This document shows positions 1 to 8,913 of a stretch of DNA of 64,000 nucleotides, piece after piece. The notes under the pieces were generated by a model. It was given only the letters and a program-made list of their open reading frames with translations. It was not told the origin of the DNA and did no database searches. The stretch's first letter is position 1. Each line of letters opens with the position of its first letter. This stretch comes from an uncultured Planctomycetia bacterium (lineage in GTDB: Bacteria; Omnitrophota; Gorgyraeia; Tantalellales; Tantalellaceae). The DNA is taken from the NCBI GenBank assembly GCA_964409365.1, contig CAYPCX010000003.1, forward strand, positions 20,577 through 84,576. The letters run 5' to 3'. A program made the translations under genes and the position numbers.

Positions 1-3000
1 GACGTCCCCGGCGGTGAGACGGGAAGCCAGACAGGTATAACGGTAACGGATGCCGGCGTGTTGGACCATTTTACTGTAACGGGTATACCTGATCCGCAAT
101 CCGCGGGCACTTTGAGTTCACCAGTGGTCACGGCATATGACCAATACAACAATGTAAAAACGGATTATACCGGTACGATACACTTCACATCAAGCGACGC
201 CCAGGCGGACCTACCGTCGAATTACACGTTTGTAACAGGTGATTATGGCACGCACACCTTTACAGACGATGTTGTACTGAAAACGGTTGGAGTGCAAAGC
301 GTGACGGTGACAGATGTGCCTGGCGGTCAGACGGGCTCACAGACAGGTATAGACGTGGGGCCGGGAGCGCTGGGATCGTTTACGGTGGATCAGATAGCCG
401 ACCCGCAGACAGCAGGCGACCTGACCAGCCCGAGGGTGACCGCACTGGACATCTACGGCAACACGAAGACGGATTATACGGGCACGGTAACGTTCACATC
501 GAGCGACAGCGGCGCGAGTACGGTCCTGCCGAGTGATTACACGTTCGTGGGCGGAGACTCAGGCATACACACATTTACTAATGAACTCCAGCTAACGACA
601 ACGGGCGTCCAGTGGGTAAGAGCGACGGACACGGTAGGCGGCGAGACGGGTGTGCAGACAGGTATAGACGTTAACCCGGCGGCATTGGGTTCATTTACGG
701 TAGACCAGATAACCGATCCACAGGCCGCGGGTACGCTGTCCAGCCCGCGTGTAACGGCACTTGATATCTACGGCAACACGAAGACGGACTACACGGGCAC
801 GGTGACATTCACATCGAGCGATGGCGGTGCAAGTACAGTACTGCCGAGTGATTATACATTCGTAGGCGGCGACAGCGGTGTACACACATTCACAAATGAA
901 CTCCAGCTTACGACGACAGGCGAACAATGGGTGCGGGCAACAGACACGGTCGGCGGCGAGACAGGCGCACAGACAGGTATAACGGTAACACCTCAGACCG
1001 CGCTTGACCATTTTACGGTAACGAACATACCGGATCCGCAGACCGCCGGTTTATTGAGCACTCCCATAGTTACCGCGTATGACCAATACAACAATGTGCT
1101 GACGGATTATACGGGGACGATCCATTTTACATCGAGCGATGCGATAGCGGTGCTTCCGGCCGATTACACGTTCGTAGCCGGGGATAACGGGACCCATGTT
1201 TTTCCTGACGGTGTACAGATGAGAACGGCAGGCGAACAGAGCGTGACAGTGACGGACACGGTAGGCGGCCAGACAGGTTCGCAGACAGCCATAACGGTCG
1301 TTCCCGCGTTGTTAGAATATTTCACCGTCACGAGTATTACCGACCCCCAGACAGCAGGTTCCTTAAGTTCGCCCGTGGTGACCGCATATGATCAATTCGG
1401 CAATGTTAAGACGAACTATACGGGTACTATTCACTTCACGTCGAGCGATGTGCAGGCGGTCCTGCCGGCGGATTACACCTTCCTGATAGGGGAAGGCGGC
1501 ACGCATACATTCACCAACGGAGTGCAACTTAAGACCACCGGTGAACATAGTGTCAGCGTGGATGACCTTGGGAGGATAGGCGCGCAGACAGGCATCACGG
1601 TAAACCCGGCGGCGATCAATTACTTCACCGTAACAGGCATAACTGATCCACAGGCGGCGGGTACCTTGAGTTCACCCATTGTTACCGCCTATGACCAGTA
1701 TGACAATATAAAAACGGATTATACGGGCACCGTGACGTTCACATCGAGCGATGGCGGTGCAAGCACGGTGCTTCCGAGTGATTACACGTTCGTGGTCGGT
1801 GATAACGGTGCACACACGTTCACGAATGAACTGCAGCTCACGACAACGGGCGTTCAGTGGGTAAGGGCAACGGATACAGTCGGCGGCGAGACAGGTGTGC
1901 AGACAGGTATAGACGTAAATCCGGCGGCACTGGGCTCGTTCACTGTCGACCAGATAGCCGATCCGCAGGTTGCGGGCACGCTGACCAGTCCGCGTGTAAC
2001 GGCACTGGACATCTATGGCAACACGAAGACGGATTATACAGGCACCGTGACGTTCACATCGAGCGATGGCGGCGCAAGCACGGTGCTTCCGAATAATTAC
2101 ACGTTCGTAGGCGGTGATAGCGGCATACACACATTCACGAATGAACTGCAGCTCACGACAACCGGCGTCCAGTGGGTAAGGGCGACGGATACGGTTGGCG
2201 GCGAGACGGGCGCGCAGACAGGTATAGATGTAAACCCGGCGGCGTTTGCTTCATTTACAGTCGATCAGATAAGCGACCCGCAGACAGCGGGTGACTTGAC
2301 CAGTCCGCGTGTAAGGGCGCTGGACACGTATGGCAACACGAAAACGGACTATACGGGCACCGTGACGTTCACATCGAGCGACGGCGGCGCAAGTACGGTG
2401 CTGCCGAACAATTACACATTCGTAGGTGGCGACAGCGGCGTACATACATTCACGAACGAACTGCAGCTAACGACCACGGGCGTCCAGTGGGTGCGTACGA
2501 CAGACACAGTAGGCGGCGAGACGGGTGTGCAGATAGGTATAGATGTAAATCCCGCGGCGCTTGCTTCATTTACAGTCGACCAGATAACCGATCCACAGGT
2601 CGCGGGCACGCTGACGAGTCCACGGGTGACCGCACTGGACATCTACGGCAACACGAAAACGGATTTTACGGGCACCGTGACGTTCACATCGAGCGACGGC
2701 GGCGCAAGCACGGTGCTTCCGGGTAATTACACATTCGTAGGTGGCGACAGCGGCGTACATACATTCACGAACGAACTCCAGCTCACGACAACGGGCGTCC
2801 AGTGGGTAAGAGCGACAGATACAGTAGGCGGCGAGACCGGCGTGCAGACAGGCATAGATGTCAACCCGGCGGCACTGGGCTCGTTCACAGTCGACCAGAT
2901 AGCCGATCCGCAGGTCGCGGGTACGTTGACCAGCCCGCGGGTAACCGCACTGGACATCTACGGTAATACGAAGACGGATTATACGGGGACCGTGACGTTC

Positions 3001-5787
3001 ACATCGAGTGACGGCGGCGCAAGCACGGTGCTTCCGGGTAATTACACATTCGTAGGTGGCGACAGCGGCGTACATACATTCACGAACGAACTCCAGCTCA
3101 CGACAACGGGCGTCCAGTGGGTAAGAGCGACAGATACAGTAGGCGGCGAGACCGGCGTGCAGACAGGCATAGATGTCAACCCGGCGGCACTGGGCTCGTT
3201 CACAGTCGACCAGATAGCCGATCCGCAGGTCGCGGGTACGTTGACCAGCCCGCGGGTAACCGCACTGGACATCTACGGTAATACGAAGACGGATTATACG
3301 GGGACCGTGACGTTCACATCGAGTGACGGCGGTGCAAGCACGGTTCTTCCGGGCAATTACACATTCGTAGGTGGCGACAGCGGCGTACACACATTCACGA
3401 ATGAACTCCAGCTCACGACAACGGGCACGCAGTGGGTAAGAGCGACAGATACGGTCGGTGGCGAGACCGGCGTGCAGACAGGAATAGACGTAAATCCCGC
3501 GGCACTGGGCTCGTTCACGGTAGACCAGATAGCCGATCCGCAGGTCGCGGGCACGCTGACAAGCCCGCGTGTAACGGCACTGGATATCTACGGTAACACG
3601 AAAACCGATTACACGGGCACGGTAACATTTACATCGAGTGACGGCGGTGCAAGCACGGTACTTCCGAGTGATTATACGTTCGTAGTCGGCGACAGCGGCG
3701 TACACACATTCACGAATGAACTCCAGCTTACGACAACGGGCACGCAGTGGGTACGTGCGACAGATACGGTCGGTGGCGAGACCGGCGTGCAGACCGGTAT
3801 AGACGTCAATCCCGCGGCACTGGGCTCGTTCACGGTAGACCAGATAGCCGATCCGCAGGTCGCGGGTACGCTGACAAGCCCGCGTGTAACGGCACTGGAC
3901 ATCTACGGTAATACGAAGACGGATTATACGGGGACCGTGACGTTCGCATCGAGTGACGGCGGCGCAAGTACGGTGCTTCCGAGCAATTATACATTCGTAG
4001 GCGGAGACAGCGGTGTGCACACATTTACGAACGAATTGCAGCTCACGACAACAGGCGTGCAGTGGGTAAGAGCGACAGATACAGTAGGCGGCGAGACCGG
4101 CGTGCAGACCGGTATAGACGTCAATCCGGCGGCACTGGGCTCGTTCACGGTCGACCAGATAACTGATCCGCAGGTCGCGGGCACACTGACCAGTCCGCGT
4201 GTAACGGCACTGGATATCTACGGCAACACGAAGACGGACTATACGGGTACGGTGACGTTCACATCGAGTGACGTGGGTGCGAGTACGGTGCTTCCAACAG
4301 ACTATGCATTTGTTGCGGGGGATAACGGTGTACACACATTCACGAACGAACTCCAGCTCACGACAGTCGGCACACAGTGGGTACGTGCGACGGATACGGT
4401 CGGCGGCCAAACGGGTGTGCAGACCGGTATAGACGTCAATCCCGCGGCTCTGGGCTCATTCAGGGTCGACCAGATAACTGATCCGCAGGTCGCGGGCACA
4501 CTGACCAGTCCGCGTGTAACGGCACTGGATATCTACGGCAACACGAAGACGGACTATACGGGTACGGTGACGTTCACATCGAGTGACGTGGGTGCGAGTA
4601 CGGTGCTTCCAACAGACTATGCATTTGTTGCGGGGGATAACGGTGTACACACATTCACGAACGAACTCCAGCTCACGACAGTCGGCACACAGTGGGTGCG
4701 TGCGACGGACACGGTCGGCGGCGAGACGGGAGCGCAGACAGGCATAGACGTCACTTCCACAACAATAGGTTATCTTGCCATAACGGGTAGCGCCACTATG
4801 ACCGCGGGCACCTCACAGGAACTCACGATAACGGCATATGATACGTTCGGCAATGTGGATGTAACCTATACCGGAGTGAAAAGTGTGACCTTCACAGGCC
4901 TCAACCCGGCCCCGGACGGAACGGCACCAAACCTGGAAGGCGCTGTTTTCGGCACGGCCGCGAACGTCACGTTCACCGCCGGCATCGCCACTGGAGGGGC
5001 GGCGACCCTTACCGCGTACAGGGCGGAAACCGGGACCGTCCATGCCGATGACGGTACGATCAATTCACTGGGCCATGAACTGACCGTAACGGTCGATCCG
5101 GGAACCGCGGCCGACTGTACGTTCACACAGCAGCCGACCGATACGCCGCAGAACAATAATATCGCACCCGCGGTCGCGCTTTTGCTGAGAGACACCTGGT
5201 GGAACAACTGCGTGAACGACAATACGACCGTAGTGGCCATGGCTATCGGCACTAATCCCGGCGGTGGCACGCTGAGCGGTACTCTCAACCAGACAGCCGG
5301 CGCCGGGGCGGCGACCTTCAACGATCTGAACATTGACCAGATAGGCACGGGGTATACCCTCGTGGCTTCCGTCGGGATCGTCCCGTTCGGGACGTCCGCG
5401 ACGTTCAATATCACCAGGGGGCAGGATGATGACGACGGTGACGGCGAATACGGGGATATTGACCGGGCCAGCCGGATAATCTATGAAGGTGTCAATATTT
5501 CCTATGTGATCCCCTCCGCCGAGTACATCGCCCTGGGAGATGAAATGCTCGACATAATATGCATGGAAGAGTTATATGGTTTTGACCTGAAACTGGTAGA
5601 TCAAAACCTTGAAAAGAAATACATGAAAAGGTACATCAAAGGCAAATACCGCACAAAGGTGAAGGTCCACAAGGGCAAGGTAGTGGTGGCCATTCCTTAT
5701 GACGATGAGGGGCCGCAGTATGATCTGGGCGTTAACCTGATGGAGGGGCAGGAGATCTGGCTCGAAAGCATCGACGACCGCCGCTAA
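1..5787 (+). CDS. Giant cell-surface repeat protein (5'-partial; Ig-like/BIG-type 105-aa tandem repeats, distinct C-terminal Ig-like domain, poly-Asp tract and unique ~110-aa C-terminal domain)
   Basis: Open frame runs from base 1 (no start in window). Protein consists of ~15 repeats of ...FTVDQIADPQVAGTLTSPRVTALDIYGNTKTDYTGTVTFTSSDGGASTVLP.DYTFVGGDSGVHTFTNELQLTTTGVQWVRATDTVGGETGVQTGIDVNPAALGS, T/S/G/V-rich beta-strand composition typical of bacterial Ig-like adhesin repeats. Stop at 5785-5787. Confidence 0.8.
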   Translation, partial: DVPGGETGSQTGITVTDAGVLDHFTVTGIPDPQSAGTLSSPVVTAYDQYNNVKTDYTGTIHFTSSDAQADLPSNYTFVTGDYGTHTFTDDVVLKTVGVQSVTVTDVPGGQTGSQTGIDVGPGALGSFTVDQIADPQTAGDLTSPRVTALDIYGNTKTDYTGTVTFTSSDSGASTVLPSDYTFVGGDSGIHTFTNELQLTTTGVQWVRATDTVGGETGVQTGIDVNPAALGSFTVDQITDPQAAGTLSSPRVTALDIYGNTKTDYTGTVTFTSSDGGASTVLPSDYTFVGGDSGVHTFTNELQLTTTGEQWVRATDTVGGETGAQTGITVTPQTALDHFTVTNIPDPQTAGLLSTPIVTAYDQYNNVLTDYTGTIHFTSSDAIAVLPADYTFVAGDNGTHVFPDGVQMRTAGEQSVTVTDTVGGQTGSQTAITVVPALLEYFTVTSITDPQTAGSLSSPVVTAYDQFGNVKTNYTGTIHFTSSDVQAVLPADYTFLIGEGGTHTFTNGVQLKTTGEHSVSVDDLGRIGAQTGITVNPAAINYFTVTGITDPQAAGTLSSPIVTAYDQYDNIKTDYTGTVTFTSSDGGASTVLPSDYTFVVGDNGAHTFTNELQLTTTGVQWVRATDTVGGETGVQTGIDVNPAALGSFTVDQIADPQVAGTLTSPRVTALDIYGNTKTDYTGTVTFTSSDGGASTVLPNNYTFVGGDSGIHTFTNELQLTTTGVQWVRATDTVGGETGAQTGIDVNPAAFASFTVDQISDPQTAGDLTSPRVRALDTYGNTKTDYTGTVTFTSSDGGASTVLPNNYTFVGGDSGVHTFTNELQLTTTGVQWVRTTDTVGGETGVQIGIDVNPAALASFTVDQITDPQVAGTLTSPRVTALDIYGNTKTDFTGTVTFTSSDGGASTVLPGNYTFVGGDSGVHTFTNELQLTTTGVQWVRATDTVGGETGVQTGIDVNPAALGSFTVDQIADPQVAGTLTSPRVTALDIYGNTKTDYTGTVTFTSSDGGASTVLPGNYTFVGGDSGVHTFTNELQLTTTGVQWVRATDTVGGETGVQTGIDVNPAALGSFTVDQIADPQVAGTLTSPRVTALDIYGNTKTDYTGTVTFTSSDGGASTVLPGNYTFVGGDSGVHTFTNELQLTTTGTQWVRATDTVGGETGVQTGIDVNPAALGSFTVDQIADPQVAGTLTSPRVTALDIYGNTKTDYTGTVTFTSSDGGASTVLPSDYTFVVGDSGVHTFTNELQLTTTGTQWVRATDTVGGETGVQTGIDVNPAALGSFTVDQIADPQVAGTLTSPRVTALDIYGNTKTDYTGTVTFASSDGGASTVLPSNYTFVGGDSGVHTFTNELQLTTTGVQWVRATDTVGGETGVQTGIDVNPAALGSFTVDQITDPQVAGTLTSPRVTALDIYGNTKTDYTGTVTFTSSDVGASTVLPTDYAFVAGDNGVHTFTNELQLTTVGTQWVRATDTVGGQTGVQTGIDVNPAALGSFRVDQITDPQVAGTLTSPRVTALDIYGNTKTDYTGTVTFTSSDVGASTVLPTDYAFVAGDNGVHTFTNELQLTTVGTQWVRATDTVGGETGAQTGIDVTSTTIGYLAITGSATMTAGTSQELTITAYDTFGNVDVTYTGVKSVTFTGLNPAPDGTAPNLEGAVFGTAANVTFTAGIATGGAATLTAYRAETGTVHADDGTINSLGHELTVTVDPGTAADCTFTQQPTDTPQNNNIAPAVALLLRDTWWNNCVNDNTTVVAMAIGTNPGGGTLSGTLNQTAGAGAATFNDLNIDQIGTGYTLVASVGIVPFGTSATFNITRGQDDDDGDGEYGDIDRASRIIYEGVNISYVIPSAEYIALGDEMLDIICMEELYGFDLKLVDQNLEKKYMKRYIKGKYRTKVKVHKGKVVVAIPYDDEGPQYDLGVNLMEGQEIWLESIDDRR
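58..4740 (+). repeat. Tandem 315-nt coding repeat array (>=14 units), including perfectly identical adjacent units (2701-3015 vs 3016-3330) and a duplicated ~230-nt block (about 4150-4380 vs 4465-4695)
   Basis: Direct reading of sequence: 315-nt periodicity; identical minus-strand ORF translations at 2727-2957 and 3042-3272 confirm exact duplication. Confidence 0.9.
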
Positions 5788-5790
5788 CCC

Positions 5791-6048
5791 TTAGCGGGCG
5801 ACGCTTCCGTTTTTTCTTCTTTTGATCTTTTCTCGGGGGGGGAGTTTCTTGTCTATTCTTTTGATGTTCTTTTCGGCCTCTTTAACAAGCCGTTTGAGGC
5901 TGTTCGCGTAGGAGGGCATATCTTTTTCTATTGTTTCCTGTCCGATCTCAACGGATGTTTTACCGACCGGGGCTTTCTGGGCAAAGGCGCCGCCGAAAGA
6001 GACCATGGTTATGAAGACGATGACCAAAAATATTTTCGCCGCGCGCAT
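5791..6048 (-). CDS. Small secreted Lys-rich protein (85 aa, signal peptide)
   Basis: N-terminal hydrophobic signal MRAAKIFLVIVFITMVSFGGAFA/QK; remainder helical K/E-rich. Directly downstream (same strand) of the Omp85/TpsB-like gene. Confidence 0.5.
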   Translation of the reverse strand: MRAAKIFLVIVFITMVSFGGAFAQKAPVGKTSVEIGQETIEKDMPSYANSLKRLVKEAEKNIKRIDKKLPPREKIKRRKNGSVAR

Positions 6049-6083
6049 TGTTCGTTTCCTTTCGGTTCGCCAAAAAGATTATA

Positions 6084-8177
6084 TCATATTTCCAGCGCCA
6101 GGGGTTTGATGGCCGCTCCGTCTATGACCTTTTCCCACGCATCCCTGGCCTTGTCGAACTCTTTTTCCCTGTAATATCTTTTTGCCTGTTTGTCCAGGTC
6201 TTTGAGTGCATCCTGCTGTTTGAAGCACTCCTTGACGTAAGTGTGTGCCTGTCTGTAAAGCGCGTTGCCGCTTTTGACGATCCAGCCGTACTGTTTCTTT
6301 GCCTCTTTCAGGTCACCCGCTTTGTCGGCCTGCATGGCAAGATAGAGATGGCGGTGCATCTCTTTTTTGATAGGGCTGGCCGGGTCCTTCATCTGGTCAT
6401 CAAGCAGTTTCCAGGCGATATTTTTTGCGTCATCCTCCCGCAGCGTTCTTTTCAGACGCGCGAACTCCCTGTGGAGCTGGTCCTCGAAATCTATGGAGAC
6501 ATGGAACCTTGAGTCGGCCGTCTCGGTCACCGGGTTGTCGCCGATAACGAAGCCCCACTCAAGCCTTGCCAGTACCTGCTGGTAAAGACGTATCCTGACC
6601 CCGGCTCCGATGCTGGCCATGTTCGCCTCGCGTTTTTCGTCATGGTTCTTCCCGCGTCTTATGCCGTAGCCGTAATCGATGAACGCCACCCCGGTTATTA
6701 TGTCTTTCAGCGGCCGGTCATCGTAGGGGAGTGTCCAGTCGTCGGGGAGGAAGAAAGGGGGCACCAAAAGCTCGAAATTGGTCTGAAAAGCGTTGTCCGC
6801 CTGGAAGTCGCCGTCGGGGTAACCCCTTACAGAGTTTATGCCGCCGAGCGAATACTCTTCCTGCGGCATCAGTTTTTCGGACGCGAACTGAAAATTCGCT
6901 CTCCAGCTGGCCTGCATGTCCGCGATGGGCAGGGCCCGCCTGTGGCTCAGGTCCAGCTCGAATTTGGTAAATGTGTTATCCGCGCCTCTTGAGGAGAGAT
7001 CGCTCCTTCTTTTGGCCCCGAGGCCGTTTATACCCTGCGAGATCTCGGGGTTCATATATGTAACGCAGCCCGGGAAAGTATGCGTTATATTGGCGCCCCA
7101 GCGGAGTATCCTCAGCCTATCACGGGTGGTGGTACCGGCGATATTCCGGAGCCTTTTATCTTTGGCGTCGAGCCCGAACGAAAGATTGCCGACATACTCA
7201 TATTTATAGAAGACATCCTGATAGAGAAAGATGCTGTATGTCCGCGACCTCGAATCGACCTGGAGGTCCGTGAATTCCTTTTTCGGATATGCCTTGTTGT
7301 CGCTGTACCCGTACATGATGGACGTGCCGCAATTCGTTACGGGGATCGAATGATAGGCGTATTGGCTGCTGAAATCCCTTCCGAAGCTGATCCCGGCCAT
7401 GAGCGTATCATCGACGAAAAGGAAATTATTGTCCTTAATCCCGAGCCCCCAGCGCTCTCTGCCGGTCGTGAACGGCCCTTCCCGGTCGAACGAACCCGTA
7501 ACGTGGATAGGGAACCATGTTTCAGAGTCGAGGATCACGTCGGTCGTGCCCGGCGCCGTCCCGGCCTGGAGCGTGGCCCTGACGAGCCGGTCGGGGTTCT
7601 TGTTCATCTCCTGGAGGCTTTCGGACATCAGGTCATAACGCAGCGTGTCGCCTTTTTTTATCCTCCAGTAGAAAGTAAGGATGTCCTCATCGAAGAGCCT
7701 GCTGTCCTGCCGGATCTTGATGTCGCCCATTTTCGCCTCGACGACGCGAAGCGTTACGATACCGTCCTTTATGTCCTGGGGCGGGACGAAGCAGGCGGCG
7801 ATGACGCCACGTCTTAAGTATTCTCTTTCGATCTCGTTGGCCAGTATGTTGAGTTCTTCAAAGGAGACTTCCTTGTTCTCGTATTTTTCGATGATATAAC
7901 GAAAATCTTCAGGGGGGAACGTTTCAGTGCCGTCCAGCCGTATTTCCTTTATGAAGAATTTGGGCCCCTTGATGGCCGGTCTTTTCTTCTCCTCGACGAC
8001 AACGGGCGGCTTTTTAGGTGCCTCTTGCATCTTCTTCTCGACCTCTTTCCTGATGGGACGGTCGATCTCCCGGGCAGCCCTGTCAATGGCCGGCTGTGCT
8101 GAGGAACGAGAAGCGAACAGCGACAGGACGAGAGAAAAAAACACCAATATGCCTAAACGGAAATAGTTCGTTTTCAT
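6084..8177 (-). CDS. TpsB/ShlB/FhaC-family (Omp85 superfamily) outer-membrane transporter with C-terminal helical (TPR-like, Lys-rich) extension
   Basis: Signal peptide; two POTRA-like segments (FFIKEIRLDGTETF..., RQDSRLFDEDILTFYW...); barrel with Omp85/TpsB loop-6 motif SLGGINSVRGY and FIDYGYG (FxDxG-like) motif; 697 aa with ~130 aa extra helical C-terminus. Confidence 0.7.
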   Translation of the reverse strand: MKTNYFRLGILVFFSLVLSLFASRSSAQPAIDRAAREIDRPIRKEVEKKMQEAPKKPPVVVEEKKRPAIKGPKFFIKEIRLDGTETFPPEDFRYIIEKYENKEVSFEELNILANEIEREYLRRGVIAACFVPPQDIKDGIVTLRVVEAKMGDIKIRQDSRLFDEDILTFYWRIKKGDTLRYDLMSESLQEMNKNPDRLVRATLQAGTAPGTTDVILDSETWFPIHVTGSFDREGPFTTGRERWGLGIKDNNFLFVDDTLMAGISFGRDFSSQYAYHSIPVTNCGTSIMYGYSDNKAYPKKEFTDLQVDSRSRTYSIFLYQDVFYKYEYVGNLSFGLDAKDKRLRNIAGTTTRDRLRILRWGANITHTFPGCVTYMNPEISQGINGLGAKRRSDLSSRGADNTFTKFELDLSHRRALPIADMQASWRANFQFASEKLMPQEEYSLGGINSVRGYPDGDFQADNAFQTNFELLVPPFFLPDDWTLPYDDRPLKDIITGVAFIDYGYGIRRGKNHDEKREANMASIGAGVRIRLYQQVLARLEWGFVIGDNPVTETADSRFHVSIDFEDQLHREFARLKRTLREDDAKNIAWKLLDDQMKDPASPIKKEMHRHLYLAMQADKAGDLKEAKKQYGWIVKSGNALYRQAHTYVKECFKQQDALKDLDKQAKRYYREKEFDKARDAWEKVIDGAAIKPLALEI

Positions 8178-8294
8178 ATAAATGGCACCTTTCGAACGTT
8201 CTTTTATATAAGTTTAGTAATAAGAAGGGGGTTTGGCAAACATTTTTGCAAGTTTTATTTGATTTTCGCCGGTTTAGTGTATATTATAGGTGCT

Positions 8295-8771
8295 ATGAAC
8301 ATTCTCCGGAAAATATGCATAATCCTGGGCATAGTGCTTGTTTTTACCGCCACGTTCTACGCGGGCGCCCAAAAAGCGCAATACGCGGCAAGGATAATCG
8401 AGTTGAAGGGGAAGGCGGAGATAAAAGGTCCGGCCGCGAAGAAGTTCTCGCCAGCGAAAGCGGGTATGCAGCTCCGCGAAGGAGACCTTCTCTTCACGAA
8501 CAAGGACTCGATGGCCGTCGTCAGCATCAAAGAACGGAATACGGCCGCAAAGATCACGCTTTACGAAAATACACAGCTTCGTATGGTCGAGCTTTCGATC
8601 GACAAAAAGACCGGTATCCAGAAGACCCTGCTTGATCTGGGGATCGGGAAGGTAGATATAAAGACTTCCAGACCCAGAGCGAAAAAGAGCGTTTTCCAGG
8701 TCAAGACCCCGACTTCCGTCCTTGACATTACGGAAGCCCAGCTTACCATAGAAGTGGAAGCCCGCCCGTAA
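8295..8771 (+). CDS. FecR-domain-like membrane-anchored protein (hypothetical)
   Basis: N-terminal TM/signal (MNILRKICIILGIVLVFTATFYAGAQ) then GDLLFTNKDSMAVVSI...ITLYENTQL beta-rich segment resembling FecR/anti-sigma sensor domain. Start chosen at internal ATG 8295 (ORF opens at 8259). Confidence 0.45.
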   Translation: MNILRKICIILGIVLVFTATFYAGAQKAQYAARIIELKGKAEIKGPAAKKFSPAKAGMQLREGDLLFTNKDSMAVVSIKERNTAAKITLYENTQLRMVELSIDKKTGIQKTLLDLGIGKVDIKTSRPRAKKSVFQVKTPTSVLDITEAQLTIEVEARP

Positions 8772-8777
8772 CCCTTT

Positions 8778-8802
8778 ACACACCCGAAGTGTACACATCG
8801 GG
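8778..8802. repeat. REP-like palindromic element copy 1 (ACACACCCGAAGTGTACACATCGGG) at 3' end of FecR-like gene
   Basis: Imperfect hairpin cccgaagtgt/acacatcggg; same core ACACCCGAWGTGT recurs at 12158 and 56951. Confidence 0.6.
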
Positions 8803-8831
8803 AGCGCAAAAGACGGCTCAAAAAATTTGAT

Positions 8832-8859
8832 TTGAATTTGCCTGAATTACGGCTATAAT
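8832..8859 (+). promoter_or_regulatory. Putative sigma70 promoter for carB paralog 1 (TTGAAT-16 nt-TATAAT)
   Basis: TTGAAT at 8832-8837, TATAAT at 8854-8859, 55 nt upstream of carB ATG with AAAGGAG RBS. Confidence 0.45.
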
Positions 8860-8913
8860 ATGATTAGTCATTTACCACATAATTACTAAGATCCGCGCAA
8901 TAAAGGAGCACTC

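Noticed and set aside
2566-4410. 614-aa minus-strand ORF (Cys/Arg-rich, internally repetitive) and many 60-80-aa minus-strand ORFs across 691-4650
   Set aside because: They are antisense reading frames of the 315-nt coding repeats of the giant + strand gene. Their periodic identical translations simply mirror the repeat, and there is no RBS or independent signal.
7080-7817. 245-aa plus-strand ORF and other + ORFs (6048-8166) inside the TpsB-like gene
   Set aside because: They lie antisense to a well-supported Omp85-family CDS. The products are low-complexity and Arg/Pro-rich, as expected for GC-rich antisense frames.
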